Shown here piece by piece: positions 19,992 through 29,369 of a stretch of DNA of 52,244 bases. Position 1 is the first letter of the stretch. Each line of letters begins with the position of its first letter. Where the stretch lies: the NCBI GenBank assembly GCA_045645045.1, contig JAZRIA010000208.1, forward strand, positions 1 to 52,244. Reading direction: 5' to 3'. The notes beneath the pieces are model-generated. The model did no database searches. It was not told the origin of the DNA and worked only from the letters and a program-made list of their open reading frames with translations. Source of the stretch: Bacteroidaceae bacterium (GTDB taxonomy: Bacteria; Bacteroidota; Bacteroidia; Bacteroidales; Bacteroidaceae). The position numbers and the translations under genes are program-made.

Positions 19992-21808
19992 TTGCTCTCC
20001 CCTACCTTGCGAAGTGCATCAATTAACTTTGTATTGTCCTCGTGATTGCGGACAGCGATGCGCATGTACTGCTTGCCATCAAAACCGCCCTTGCCAGAGC
20101 AGTCACGCATGAGGATGTTGTGCTCCTTCAGCATACGCAGGACAAGGGTCTTGGCGGTGAAAGGAGGCAGTACCTCCACAAGGAAGTAGTTGGCTTGAGA
20201 GGGTATTACACGTATGAAAGGAATGGTACGCAAGTTGGCCTCAAAGTTATTACGCTCCTCTATAAAGCGGTCGCATGCCTTTTTGTAGTCCTTCTCGTAC
20301 TTGGTGTATATCTGCATGAAGAACTCGCAGAAGGAATTGAGGTTCCATATGCTTACCATCTTCTTTATCCTGGAAATAATCTCCACATCGGCAGAACAGA
20401 GTATGCCCAAGCGGATGCCAGGCACGCCATAACTCTTGCTTATGGACTTCATTACCAGCATGCGGGGATAGGTCTCCAGTATCTTGTCGGACAAAAGACT
20501 GTTCTGTTCCCATCCCTCGCTGAAGTCCACAAAACTCTCGTCCACGATGAGCCTTACCCTACGCTTCTCGCACCAATCCGCCAGCATGCAAATGTCTTCC
20601 ACAGGAATGAAGTTGCCCGATGGATTGTCCGGATTGATAAGCAGAATATTGTCGGCAGGATTCTTGCCAAAAAAGTCCATGAGGTCCTGTGCCGAGTAGC
20701 GGAACTCGTTGTTCTGCGGAACGAAGGTGACGAGTGTGTCTGCCTCACGACGGTTGGGATATTCCTCGAACGTGGGACGAGTGATGCCAAGCGTACCAGG
20801 CAATAGTTCCATCAATGCCTTTATCAGTTCGGCAGCACCATTGCCGGGAACTATATAGTCTTCCTTAATGCCCCAGCACTTGCTTGCCAGCAGGGTATTC
20901 ACCTTCATGCCCGAAGGGTATTCGGCAATGAGCGTGCGGAAGTTGGCCTGCATCTCATCTATTATCTTTGAGGAACGGAAATAGGGGTTCACCAGATAGC
21001 AGAAATCCAGCATCTTGGGGAAACGCCAGTAACCGCCAAAACGGCCGTAGTACTTGCGCATGATGTCTTTCTCCTCGGCAAAGAGAGCCTCGGCAATGTC
21101 CAGGTCCTGCTTGTCATCTATCTCGTACCACTTCTCATCAGTAATAGGCAGAGCCTTCAGGTCCTTGTTGCTGAGGAAGGTGATGATGCGCAGGACGTTC
21201 TCGTAATACTCGTTGTTGCCCACGGCCTTGGAGTATGCCTCAAGGAAGGGAACGTACTTTGTCTTGCTAAACTCCTTGGAGAACTTGTATATGTTTATGG
21301 TCTTGTAGTACTTGTCCACCTCCTCATACTGGAAGGCGGCCTTGGGTACGAAGTTCACGATGTTGTTCTCATCGTCTATGCACACCATGGTACCGTCCAT
21401 CCATGTCTCGTACTTCGCCACAAGGGCAAGGTTCGGGAAAGGATTGTCCAGAATCAGAGAGAAAAGGCTGTCGTCGAAAATCAGGTCGCTCTCTATGAGC
21501 AAGGTATCGTCCTCCTGCATCTGCTCCTTGGCAAGCGCCAGAGAGTAGATATTATTGGTCTTGTCGTAGATGGGGTTGTTGACATACTCTATGGGCATGC
21601 CATTGTAGTTATCGCCCACGTAGTCCATCAGTTTCTGTCCCTCGTAGCCAACGACTATCACCACTCGGTTGAGATCAATTTTGGACAATTGCCCAAGCAC
21701 ACGGTCTATCAGTCTGGTACCGTTAACCTCCACCATGCATTTGGTGTTCTCCTTTGTAAATTCGCCCAGGCGCTTGCCCATTCCGGCGGCTAATATTATT
21801 GCTTGCAT
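19988..21808 (-). CDS. Bifunctional LicC-like nucleotidyltransferase / class I-II PLP-fold (aminotransferase-like) protein
   Basis: 606-aa ORF. The N-terminus ILAAGMGKRLG is an NTP-transferase motif. The C-terminal half carries SISKSYGVPGIRLG, a PLP-lysine motif. Confidence 0.8.
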   Translation of the reverse strand: MQAIILAAGMGKRLGEFTKENTKCMVEVNGTRLIDRVLGQLSKIDLNRVVIVVGYEGQKLMDYVGDNYNGMPIEYVNNPIYDKTNNIYSLALAKEQMQEDDTLLIESDLIFDDSLFSLILDNPFPNLALVAKYETWMDGTMVCIDDENNIVNFVPKAAFQYEEVDKYYKTINIYKFSKEFSKTKYVPFLEAYSKAVGNNEYYENVLRIITFLSNKDLKALPITDEKWYEIDDKQDLDIAEALFAEEKDIMRKYYGRFGGYWRFPKMLDFCYLVNPYFRSSKIIDEMQANFRTLIAEYPSGMKVNTLLASKCWGIKEDYIVPGNGAAELIKALMELLPGTLGITRPTFEEYPNRREADTLVTFVPQNNEFRYSAQDLMDFFGKNPADNILLINPDNPSGNFIPVEDICMLADWCEKRRVRLIVDESFVDFSEGWEQNSLLSDKILETYPRMLVMKSISKSYGVPGIRLGILCSADVEIISRIKKMVSIWNLNSFCEFFMQIYTKYEKDYKKACDRFIEERNNFEANLRTIPFIRVIPSQANYFLVEVLPPFTAKTLVLRMLKEHNILMRDCSGKGGFDGKQYMRIAVRNHEDNTKLIDALRKVGESK

Positions 21809-21950
21809 GCTATTTATTTATCGGAAATCGGAAACCGGAAATCGGAAAACTCATCCGTTCAGTCCGTTAGCTTTTCTATCTGTTATCCTAACACGAAGTG
21901 TCCTTACCTCACTATTAGTTTTCCGTTTTCACCTTTCCGTTTTCAGTTTA

Positions 21951-23021
21951 CTAAACGCTTATCTCCCCGCTACCCCAGCAGATGGTCTTTTCGCGGTCAT
22001 AGATACAACCGAACTGACCTGGGGCTATACCCTGAATGGGTTCTGGCGAACGGACTATATAGCCCTCGGCATCGCGCTCTATGGTGCCATCCATAAAGTG
22101 GTCCACATGGCGAACCTTGAAGGATATTTCCATGGGAGCATCGCCTTCATTGATTGGCAGAGGTTCCGTAATGGCATGGAAGTCAGCCAGGCGGAAAACG
22201 TGGCCATATTGCAATTGTGTGTCCCATCCGTGTGCCACGAAGACCACATTCTTCCTGACGTTCTTCTTCACCACAAACCATGGTCCTCCGCTCAGTCCTA
22301 ACCCCTTGCGCTGACCTATGGTATGGAACCAGAAACCCTTGTGCGTGCCCACTATGCGGTTTGTCTCTATATCTATAACCTTGCCCTCCTGTTCGCCAAG
22401 GAACTTGCGAAGGAAGTCGTTATAGTTTATCTTGCCCAGGAAGCAGATGCCCTGACTGTCCTTGCGCTTGGCCTGAGGCAGACGTGCCTCGTTGGCTATG
22501 CGTCGCACATCCTCCTTCATCAGGTCGCCAAGAGGCAGAATCATACGGCTAATCTCCACGCCCGATAGTTGTGCCAGGAAGTCGGTCTGGTCCTTTACTG
22601 GGTCCTTGGCAACGCCCAACCAGCACTTGCCATCCTTCTCTATGATACGCCCGTAGTGACCAGTTGCTATCTTGTCGTACTTGTGGCCAACTCTCTCCTC
22701 AAAGGCACCGAACTTGATGAGTCGGTTGCACATCACATCGGGATTGGGGGTCAAGCCCATCTTCACACGCTCTATGGCATAACCCACAACACGCTCCCAA
22801 TACTCCTTCTGCAGGTCTATCACCTCCAGTTTCAGGTTGTATCGGCGTGCCGTAGCCATGCAGAGTTCTATATCCTCCTCGGCAGTGCACGAAGAGTCCT
22901 CGCCCTCCATACCAATCTTTATATAGTACAGGTCGGGCTTGTACCCCTGCTCCACCAGCAGGTGTGTCACCACTCCGCTGTCCACACCTCCGCTTATCAG
23001 TACTGCTATCTTCTCGCTCAC
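21951..23021 (-). CDS. mnmA: tRNA 2-thiouridine(34) synthase MnmA
   Basis: PP-loop SGGVDS and typical MnmA sequence. GTG start overlaps the GH20 stop (GTGA). Confidence 0.9.
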   Translation of the reverse strand: MSEKIAVLISGGVDSGVVTHLLVEQGYKPDLYYIKIGMEGEDSSCTAEEDIELCMATARRYNLKLEVIDLQKEYWERVVGYAIERVKMGLTPNPDVMCNRLIKFGAFEERVGHKYDKIATGHYGRIIEKDGKCWLGVAKDPVKDQTDFLAQLSGVEISRMILPLGDLMKEDVRRIANEARLPQAKRKDSQGICFLGKINYNDFLRKFLGEQEGKVIDIETNRIVGTHKGFWFHTIGQRKGLGLSGGPWFVVKKNVRKNVVFVAHGWDTQLQYGHVFRLADFHAITEPLPINEGDAPMEISFKVRHVDHFMDGTIERDAEGYIVRSPEPIQGIAPGQFGCIYDREKTICWGSGEISV

Positions 23022-24739
23022 TTTGCTATGAAATGTTTGCCATACAGTCGTCCTGTCAGGTCGAACAGCATGGTGTCGGCGGTGAAACGTGTACGGAAAT
23101 CTTCAAAGTCCTTCTTCTCCTCTGGACTCCATGCAGCCTCGGCTACGGCCAGCAGACGGGGGTATGCCAGGTAGTTAAAATAGTTTATGTCGGAAACATG
23201 CTCTGTCCAGAATGTTGCCTGCACACCGGCATAGTGCTTCTTCACGTTGGGGTCCATAACCTTGTCGGGCACGGGCTTGTAGGCATAAACTGCTGGCAAC
23301 TGGTCGCTCTTGCGTCCTGTTCCTGCCGCCACGGGTTCGCCCTCGCCGTCATGCTGCTTGCGGTTGATATAGTAGCAGCCAGGTCCCCACTCCGTAATAA
23401 CGGCATCAAGACCAAGTGATGCGGCAATGGCAGCACCCTGCTGACAGGGATTCCAACTGAATATCGTGGCACCTGTACTCTTTATCAGGTCCAGGTCGGC
23501 ACCACCTGCTGTAACGCTCTCGTTCCACAGAATCATCTTCTTGCCGCGAGCCTTGATATGGTCGTTCATCTGTGTGATGAAGTAACTCTGCAAGGGACGG
23601 AAGCGATGCTTCTCCAAGTCCTTCACCTTACCTTCCTTGATGAGGCTGGCAAGATGCTCCTGGCACTGTGCGTTGCTCTCCCATGCATTGGTGGGGCACT
23701 CGTCACCACCGATGTGCACATACTGTCCGGGGAACACATCCATCACCTCGGTCAGCACATCGCGTGCAAACTGCACCGCCTTGGGGTCGCCAACGTTCAA
23801 TACATCTGTCCAGACACCACCCTGGTAGGTCTGCACCTTGTGCTCGCCCTCGGGGTTACAGCTGAATTCGGGATAAGCCGCCAAGGCTGCCATGATGTGT
23901 CCGGGCATGTCTATCTCTGGGATAACCTCGATATGCAGGTTGCGTGCATACTCCACTATCTCGCGACAATCCTCCTGGGTGTAGAAATAGGGGCCATAGG
24001 GTTTGCCCAACCAGTAGTGCCCCTTCTCCATGTCGGTCATGCGGCAATCGCTTGCCACGGAACCAACCTCAGTGAGTCGGGGATACTTCTTCACCTCAAA
24101 GCGCCAGCCCTGGTCCTCGGTCAGGTGCCAGTGGAAGTAGTTGTACTTGTATATTGCCATACCGTCCAGGATGTGCTTTATCTCGTCCACGGTGAAGAAA
24201 TGGCGACCGCAGTCAAGCATGAAGCCACGATACCAGAACCGGGGTTCGTCGTCTATGTCCACATAGGCTATCTCGGGACATGCCTCGGCACGGAAATGGG
24301 GAACTGCCTTCTGGGCCTCATCCACGCTCATACCGGCCATCACATTGGCAGGCATCATCTTCTTCAACGTCTGGAAAGCATAGAAAAAGCCACGGGCACT
24401 GGAGGCGCTTACTCTGATGCCACGTTCACCTACGTTCAGGCGATAGCCCTCGTAGGCAACGGTCTTATCCAGCTGCATGCTGATATTGGCCTTCTGGCTC
24501 TTCACCAACTTGCCCTTGCAGCCTGTTGTCTTGCGGATAACGTCCACAAACCTCGTTGCCTCGCTCTGCAGGCTGTCGGCCAGGAAAGCCACATCTACGG
24601 TATAGGACTTGGGCAAACGGTACGTCCCCTCGCCCACCACCATCTTCTTGGGCATAGGAGTGATGTTTACAAACTGCTTTGCCTCCACAGACATGAGCAT
24701 GGAGAACAGGCACAGGATAATCAGACAAAGTTTCTTCAT
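23018..24739 (-). CDS. GH20 beta-N-acetylhexosaminidase (secreted)
   Basis: Signal peptide present. Motifs [11 protein letters not shown] and EIDMPGH are GH20 hallmarks. Confidence 0.9.
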   Translation of the reverse strand: MKKLCLIILCLFSMLMSVEAKQFVNITPMPKKMVVGEGTYRLPKSYTVDVAFLADSLQSEATRFVDVIRKTTGCKGKLVKSQKANISMQLDKTVAYEGYRLNVGERGIRVSASSARGFFYAFQTLKKMMPANVMAGMSVDEAQKAVPHFRAEACPEIAYVDIDDEPRFWYRGFMLDCGRHFFTVDEIKHILDGMAIYKYNYFHWHLTEDQGWRFEVKKYPRLTEVGSVASDCRMTDMEKGHYWLGKPYGPYFYTQEDCREIVEYARNLHIEVIPEIDMPGHIMAALAAYPEFSCNPEGEHKVQTYQGGVWTDVLNVGDPKAVQFARDVLTEVMDVFPGQYVHIGGDECPTNAWESNAQCQEHLASLIKEGKVKDLEKHRFRPLQSYFITQMNDHIKARGKKMILWNESVTAGGADLDLIKSTGATIFSWNPCQQGAAIAASLGLDAVITEWGPGCYYINRKQHDGEGEPVAAGTGRKSDQLPAVYAYKPVPDKVMDPNVKKHYAGVQATFWTEHVSDINYFNYLAYPRLLAVAEAAWSPEEKKDFEDFRTRFTADTMLFDLTGRLYGKHFIAK

Positions 24740-24762
24740 ATTTCGTTTATATAGTTTATTCT

Positions 24763-25053
24763 TTATGCCAAACTAAGATGTCGACGACGCAATGCAGTAA
24801 GTACACATTCCGAAGCAACTGGATTAAGTCCACGGAAAGTGGTACGTTTCTTTAATTCTGCAAGCGGCATTTCAATTAGCAGTTTAGCAATGCATTCATC
24901 AGCGAAAGAGTTACTAACCACATTTACCCCGGTGAAATCCAATACGACACATTCGTTTTGCTCTATCAACGGTAGCAATCGCTCACGGACACGCTGCCCC
25001 AAAGGACGCGTTCCAAGATTCTCGCCATATTCTCTAAAACTAAATGTTACCAT
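24763..25053 (-). CDS. STAS-like (DUF4325-type) small protein
   Basis: 96-aa ORF. VVLDFTGVNVVSNSFADECI resembles the STAS/anti-sigma-antagonist core. It overlaps the upstream ATPase gene by 7 nt. Confidence 0.65.
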   Translation of the reverse strand: MVTFSFREYGENLGTRPLGQRVRERLLPLIEQNECVVLDFTGVNVVSNSFADECIAKLLIEMPLAELKKRTTFRGLNPVASECVLTALRRRHLSLA

Positions 25054-25700
25054 AATTCCTCCAACTCATTATCGTTCAAGAATGTTTCATTATACTGGGC
25101 AACAACATTTGTGCGGTTAGCAACAACCTCTGCTGGATTTATTTCTTTGTTCGTACGAAGTTGCAGATAAACGATAGTACCCTGCCATAATTCAGTTTCT
25201 ATTGCAGTATCCACACCATCCTGAACCAATAATGTATGTTGCCCAGAACGAACCTCGAATTTCAATCCTGCGTCTCTTGCAAGCAACGAGGTTGAATACA
25301 ATCCAAATCCCATACCCTTACCATCAGTAACGGCATCCTTTATGCACAACTTCAGTGCCTCCGACTCCGACAAACCTTTATACTCTTCATTCTCCAGCAA
25401 TGATGCAAGTACACCTTGACCATCATCTGCCACAAGAAAACTCAAGACATGACCAACCGCATCATAATGTGTTATCACAGTTCCCATTTCTTTACCAGAA
25501 TGAATAAGTACATTATCCAACATCTCGTAAAAACAATAACTTACAGCCTGCAATACTGTTGTTTCTATCTCAAGATATTGAGTCAGTACCCCCACTACAC
25601 GTTGATAAACGTCATAGATGTTCTTCTCATCAAAAACATCTATCGTCACATCATTTCCCGACAATGGGAAGTATAGCTTTATGAGTGTTGTGAGATTCAT
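25047..25700 (-). CDS. GHKL (histidine-kinase-like) ATPase, RsbW/SpoIIAB-like
   Basis: 217-aa ORF with N-box EMLDNVLIHS, G1 DDGQG and G2 GKGMGFGL. Confidence 0.7.
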   Translation of the reverse strand: MNLTTLIKLYFPLSGNDVTIDVFDEKNIYDVYQRVVGVLTQYLEIETTVLQAVSYCFYEMLDNVLIHSGKEMGTVITHYDAVGHVLSFLVADDGQGVLASLLENEEYKGLSESEALKLCIKDAVTDGKGMGFGLYSTSLLARDAGLKFEVRSGQHTLLVQDGVDTAIETELWQGTIVYLQLRTNKEINPAEVVANRTNVVAQYNETFLNDNELEELW

Positions 25701-25727
25701 ATCCGTTTATCACCATCATTTACTTGG

Positions 25728-25759
25728 CAAAGATAGAAATATTTTTGCGTTATGCCAAA
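25728..25759 (-). promoter_or_regulatory. Promoter of the ATPase/STAS pair
   Basis: Minus-sense TTTG-N20-TATCTTTG, 28 nt upstream of the ATG at 25700. Confidence 0.55.
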
Positions 25760-25910
25760 AGTAAAGTAGCATTTGTTGCCATATCATCCTTTCTCGCAAG
25801 AGAAAACAAGAGGAAACAGGAACTGTCTTGGTTGAGAAACATCGCCATCATAGATTAACAATCAAGTTTAACCAAGACCGACCTTTAACCCAAAACGAGG
25901 CTTCATTACA

Positions 25911-28433
25911 TCACAACTCCACCTCATGGGGTTCGCCATTGACCAGCACCTTGACTGACTGATGATGGGGAGAGCGTAGTTTCCAATAGGTTACCTTGCC
26001 GTCCTTCCATCGCATGTCTATCTCTATGTTGCCACGGGCTTTCAGACCATAGGCGGCACCTTCCCTCCATGCAGCAGTTGGTGCAGGAAGCAGTTCGATG
26101 ACGCCCTCGTGCGATTGTACAAGCATTTCAAGCATGGCGGCAGTAATTCCGTAGTTACCATCTATTTGCAAGGGTATGTGATGAGTGGCAAAAAGATTAT
26201 CGAGCACATTGTAGGTAATCAGGCCCTCTATCATGTCGTGAGCCAATTCTCCGTCGTGCAGACGTGCCCAAAGGAGACTTCGCCAAGTCCATGCCCACGA
26301 ACGACGGCTGTCTCCCGTTGTCTTGCGGAACAACAAGGACTTGCGTGCAGCCTCGGCCAACTCGGGCGTGTTCGTCGAACTGATGCCCTTTCCTGGGAAG
26401 ACGGCAAACAGGTGTGAAGTATGGCGATGGTCGGTTTCCGGCGAGCGGTCAATCATCCACTCCATCAGGTTGCCTTGCTTGCCTATCTGGGAAGGAAGCA
26501 TGCGCTGACGAAGGTGTTGCAGATGAGCACTCCATTCCTTGTCGACATTCAGTATTTCAGCCGCACGAATGGTGTTGCCAAACAATTCGCTCACTATCTG
26601 CTGGTCGTGCGCCACACCGTCCTCGCCACGGGGGCCATGCTCGGGCGACCATCCATTGGGCACCACCAATGTTCCCTCCTCTATATGTGCCAACTCTGGA
26701 TATTGCGCCACATCTACCTGCTGATAGTCCGACTCAAAGCCTTCACCGCCCTTGCCCAACGGCTTGAGCTGGGCCTCCCAGTAGTGACACAACTCCTTCA
26801 TGACGGGATAGGCCTGACGGCTCAGATAGGCTGTATCATTGGTGAATGCGAAATGCTCCCACAGGTGTAGGCCATACCATGCAGAACCGGGCAGATTCAC
26901 CTGCCAGCCTCCGGCGCCAAATGGATTGTGCGAGGTGTAAACCACCCATCCGTCCTTCACCTTACCGACATCCTCGCCAATGGCCTCCAGGTATTCACGG
27001 GTATTCCGGCGGAACGGTTTGCGCATCGCATGCAGATAATCCAGCATAGGCAGGTGGCACTCGCTCAGGTTGCCAGGTTCAGGCAACCAGTAGACCATCT
27101 GGAAGTTGATATTGCTGTGATAGTCGTTTCCCCAGGGAGCAGTAAGCATTCCGTTCCATATGCCCTGAAGTCCGGCTGGCAGACTCCCTGGCCGGGAGGT
27201 CTGAATCATGAGGTAACGGCCAAAGTTGAAGAGCGTTTCCTCCAAGCCTGGGTCGTCGAGCTGCTGGCGGTAGGCTTCCAGACGCTGGAATGTAGGCATA
27301 TCCTGAAGCACACGTGGCGACGTACCCAACGAAAGGCGTTGGCGCCTATACATCGCGGAGTAGTCCTCCGAATGACGATTCTTGAGTTCATCAAATGACA
27401 ATGTCTCCACCTGACTCATGCGTCGGTTTATACGGCTTTCGGCAGATTCGCCACGGAAACCTTTGCTGAAATCCATCTCATAGTTGGTCTCTATGGCCAG
27501 AAGGATGGTACACGAATCAGCACCTTCCAACGACAGATGCCTGTCTCCCTCCTTCAAAGTTCCACCATGATGACGTACCGTTGCATGGGCTATGCACTTG
27601 ATGCCGTTGGCTATCTGGCACTCCAGACGGAGGACATTGCCTTCCACCATAACGACATCCGTCTCGCGCTGGGTGGCAAACACTATCTTGCCTGTCAGCC
27701 CCGACGATGAAGAGCAGTGATAGTTCAGGACCATCACCTGATCGGTATAACTGCAGAATGCCTGGCTCTGCACAAGACTTCCGTTGCGTTGTCCGCGAGC
27801 CGACACACATCCCTCGTCCAAACGTATTTCACGACGGAAGGTTCCTTCTGCCACAGGTCCGCCAAAATCAAATATCAAGTCGCCAACCGGCTGATAGCCT
27901 CCAAACATATCGTCCGTGGCCTCCGGGCCATGCTCACGATTAAAACTCTTGTCGCCCTTTTCGTTGATGGTGCCAGCATTCAAGCCACCCGACCAGAACG
28001 ACACCTCGTTCAGGGCATAGCGGTCGCGACCGCTTCCATGGAACACAGAGGCTGCTATGCGTCCGTTGCCGATGGGGTAAGGCTCGCTTTCCCAAATGCG
28101 TACCGGATTGGGATATTTCTCGCCAGTAAGACTGTACGTTTCCTCGTTCAGATAGTTATTGCCCTCTCCCTCCGGCCACTGCTTTATATGCCTGGAAGGG
28201 TTGGGTATGCGAGGCAGTTGTGGCACAGGCTCACCTTCCCAGATGCCGTCGCAAGCATCCGAGGTAAGGCCATATTCGTTTTGGTTCTCAAATACTTGTG
28301 TATATGCCGGCAGATTTGACCACACCCGTTGGTTGCCCTTTCCCACCTTGTAGGACGAGCAAGAAACAAGGCACATTGCCACACCCAGCAGGCACACGCC
28401 CAGCCTCTTCACCGTTTCCATTCTTCTTGTCAT
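25911..28433 (-). CDS. GH95 family alpha-L-fucosidase-like glycoside hydrolase (lipoprotein)
   Basis: DYHSNINFQMVYW motif and large size. Start placed at MTRRMETVKRLGVCLLGVAMCLVSC (lipobox). The longer ORF would overlap pnuC. Confidence 0.8.
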   Translation of the reverse strand: MTRRMETVKRLGVCLLGVAMCLVSCSSYKVGKGNQRVWSNLPAYTQVFENQNEYGLTSDACDGIWEGEPVPQLPRIPNPSRHIKQWPEGEGNNYLNEETYSLTGEKYPNPVRIWESEPYPIGNGRIAASVFHGSGRDRYALNEVSFWSGGLNAGTINEKGDKSFNREHGPEATDDMFGGYQPVGDLIFDFGGPVAEGTFRREIRLDEGCVSARGQRNGSLVQSQAFCSYTDQVMVLNYHCSSSSGLTGKIVFATQRETDVVMVEGNVLRLECQIANGIKCIAHATVRHHGGTLKEGDRHLSLEGADSCTILLAIETNYEMDFSKGFRGESAESRINRRMSQVETLSFDELKNRHSEDYSAMYRRQRLSLGTSPRVLQDMPTFQRLEAYRQQLDDPGLEETLFNFGRYLMIQTSRPGSLPAGLQGIWNGMLTAPWGNDYHSNINFQMVYWLPEPGNLSECHLPMLDYLHAMRKPFRRNTREYLEAIGEDVGKVKDGWVVYTSHNPFGAGGWQVNLPGSAWYGLHLWEHFAFTNDTAYLSRQAYPVMKELCHYWEAQLKPLGKGGEGFESDYQQVDVAQYPELAHIEEGTLVVPNGWSPEHGPRGEDGVAHDQQIVSELFGNTIRAAEILNVDKEWSAHLQHLRQRMLPSQIGKQGNLMEWMIDRSPETDHRHTSHLFAVFPGKGISSTNTPELAEAARKSLLFRKTTGDSRRSWAWTWRSLLWARLHDGELAHDMIEGLITYNVLDNLFATHHIPLQIDGNYGITAAMLEMLVQSHEGVIELLPAPTAAWREGAAYGLKARGNIEIDMRWKDGKVTYWKLRSPHHQSVKVLVNGEPHEVEL

Positions 28434-28504
28434 AAAACTTATTCTTTTACAAGCAAAGATACGGAAAAAAGCATTAACGCACAAACCTTTGTCCGCCATT
28501 TGTC

Positions 28505-29089
28505 CTATTCCTTCATCATCTTGCGCCAGCGGAGATAGCCGAGGACGGCAAAGACGGTGTAGGCCACGTGGATGCCAGCCTTGAAGGGGAGTCCCTTGTA
28601 GGCGAGCAGGTAGACGTCGATGATGTTCACCACGAACCACAACCACCACTGCTGCAGATACTTCTTTGCCATGGCCCACATGGCCACTATGGAAATGGCA
28701 TTGGTGAGGGCATCCTGCACCGGCACGGTGGAGTTGGTGTAGTTATCCAAGAACCACCACGTTGTGCCCCATATCAGCAGAAAAGCCACACCGAGCCACA
28801 TTGCAACACGCAGGGGCATGGAGGTAATGGCAAGGACCTCCTTGCCACTGGAGGTTTTCACTCGCTTGCCATAGCCGGGCATTGTCCACAGGAGCAAGCC
28901 ATAGAAGGCAGCCAGTAGGTAATAGACGGAGATGGTCATATCGCCATACAGACCTACCTCATAGTAAAGATACACGTCGATAGCCGGCATGATGATGCCA
29001 GCCACCCACACCATCCAGTGGGCACGATACTCCCACCAGAGATAAAGAATTCCCAAGAGGGAAACGAAGAAATCTAAGTATGCAACCAT
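28505..29089 (-). CDS. pnuC: PnuC family transporter, probably the thiamine-type PnuT
   Basis: 194-aa ORF with Trp-rich TM helices typical of PnuC. It lies downstream of a TPP-riboswitch-controlled TonB receptor. Confidence 0.85.
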   Translation of the reverse strand: MVAYLDFFVSLLGILYLWWEYRAHWMVWVAGIIMPAIDVYLYYEVGLYGDMTISVYYLLAAFYGLLLWTMPGYGKRVKTSSGKEVLAITSMPLRVAMWLGVAFLLIWGTTWWFLDNYTNSTVPVQDALTNAISIVAMWAMAKKYLQQWWLWFVVNIIDVYLLAYKGLPFKAGIHVAYTVFAVLGYLRWRKMMKE

Positions 29090-29103
29090 AATGGATTAAG
29101 CGG

Positions 29104-29359
29104 AGGACCCACCCCCAGCCCCTCCACAAGGGAGGGGAGTAGGATGTACTGCTATTGGGGAGAGATTTGTATTGTTGTGAACACGGCATGACGTGTCGCT
29201 TGATATTATTCTATTTTTCGGACTCGTCATGCCGAGTCCCTACGAAGCTAAATCAATAGCCAAAAGTAACCACTCCACACTCCTGGAGAAAGGTTGGGAG
29301 AGAGTCCGCTCTCGGCTGTAATTACTCCCTCCCCTTGCGGGAGGGTTGGGGAGGGGTCC
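29104..29359. repeat. MITE-like GC-rich structured element with about 37-nt imperfect terminal inverted repeats
   Basis: 29104-29140 (ggacccacccccagcccctccacaagggaggggagta) matches the reverse complement of 29323-29359 at 29 of 37 positions. Each end is itself a hairpin. Internal inverted repeat ggcatgacg / cgtcatgcc. Confidence 0.5.
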
Positions 29360-29369
29360 AGGCAAGGGT

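Noticed and set aside
18957-21944. Exact 14-nt direct repeat acctttccgttttc at 18957-18970 and 21931-21944, flanking the dehydrogenase + fusion-gene pair (possible mobile cassette boundaries)
   Set aside because: The repeat is low-complexity. A few exact 14-mers are expected by chance in 52 kb. No recombinase or transposase is present, and no GC discontinuity is evident.
23558-24754. 398-aa plus-strand ORF antisense to the GH20 gene. Similar long antisense ORFs occur at 6375-7346, 11841-12761, 20042-20806 and 42465-43376.
   Set aside because: All are mirror-frame ORFs within well-supported genes. They are His/Leu/Val-rich with no domain signatures.
28434-28679. N-terminal extension of the GH95 ORF (GTG start at 28679)
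   Set aside because: The extension overlaps the 3' end of pnuC, is Arg/Pro/Gly-rich, and precedes a perfect lipoprotein signal peptide starting at 28433.
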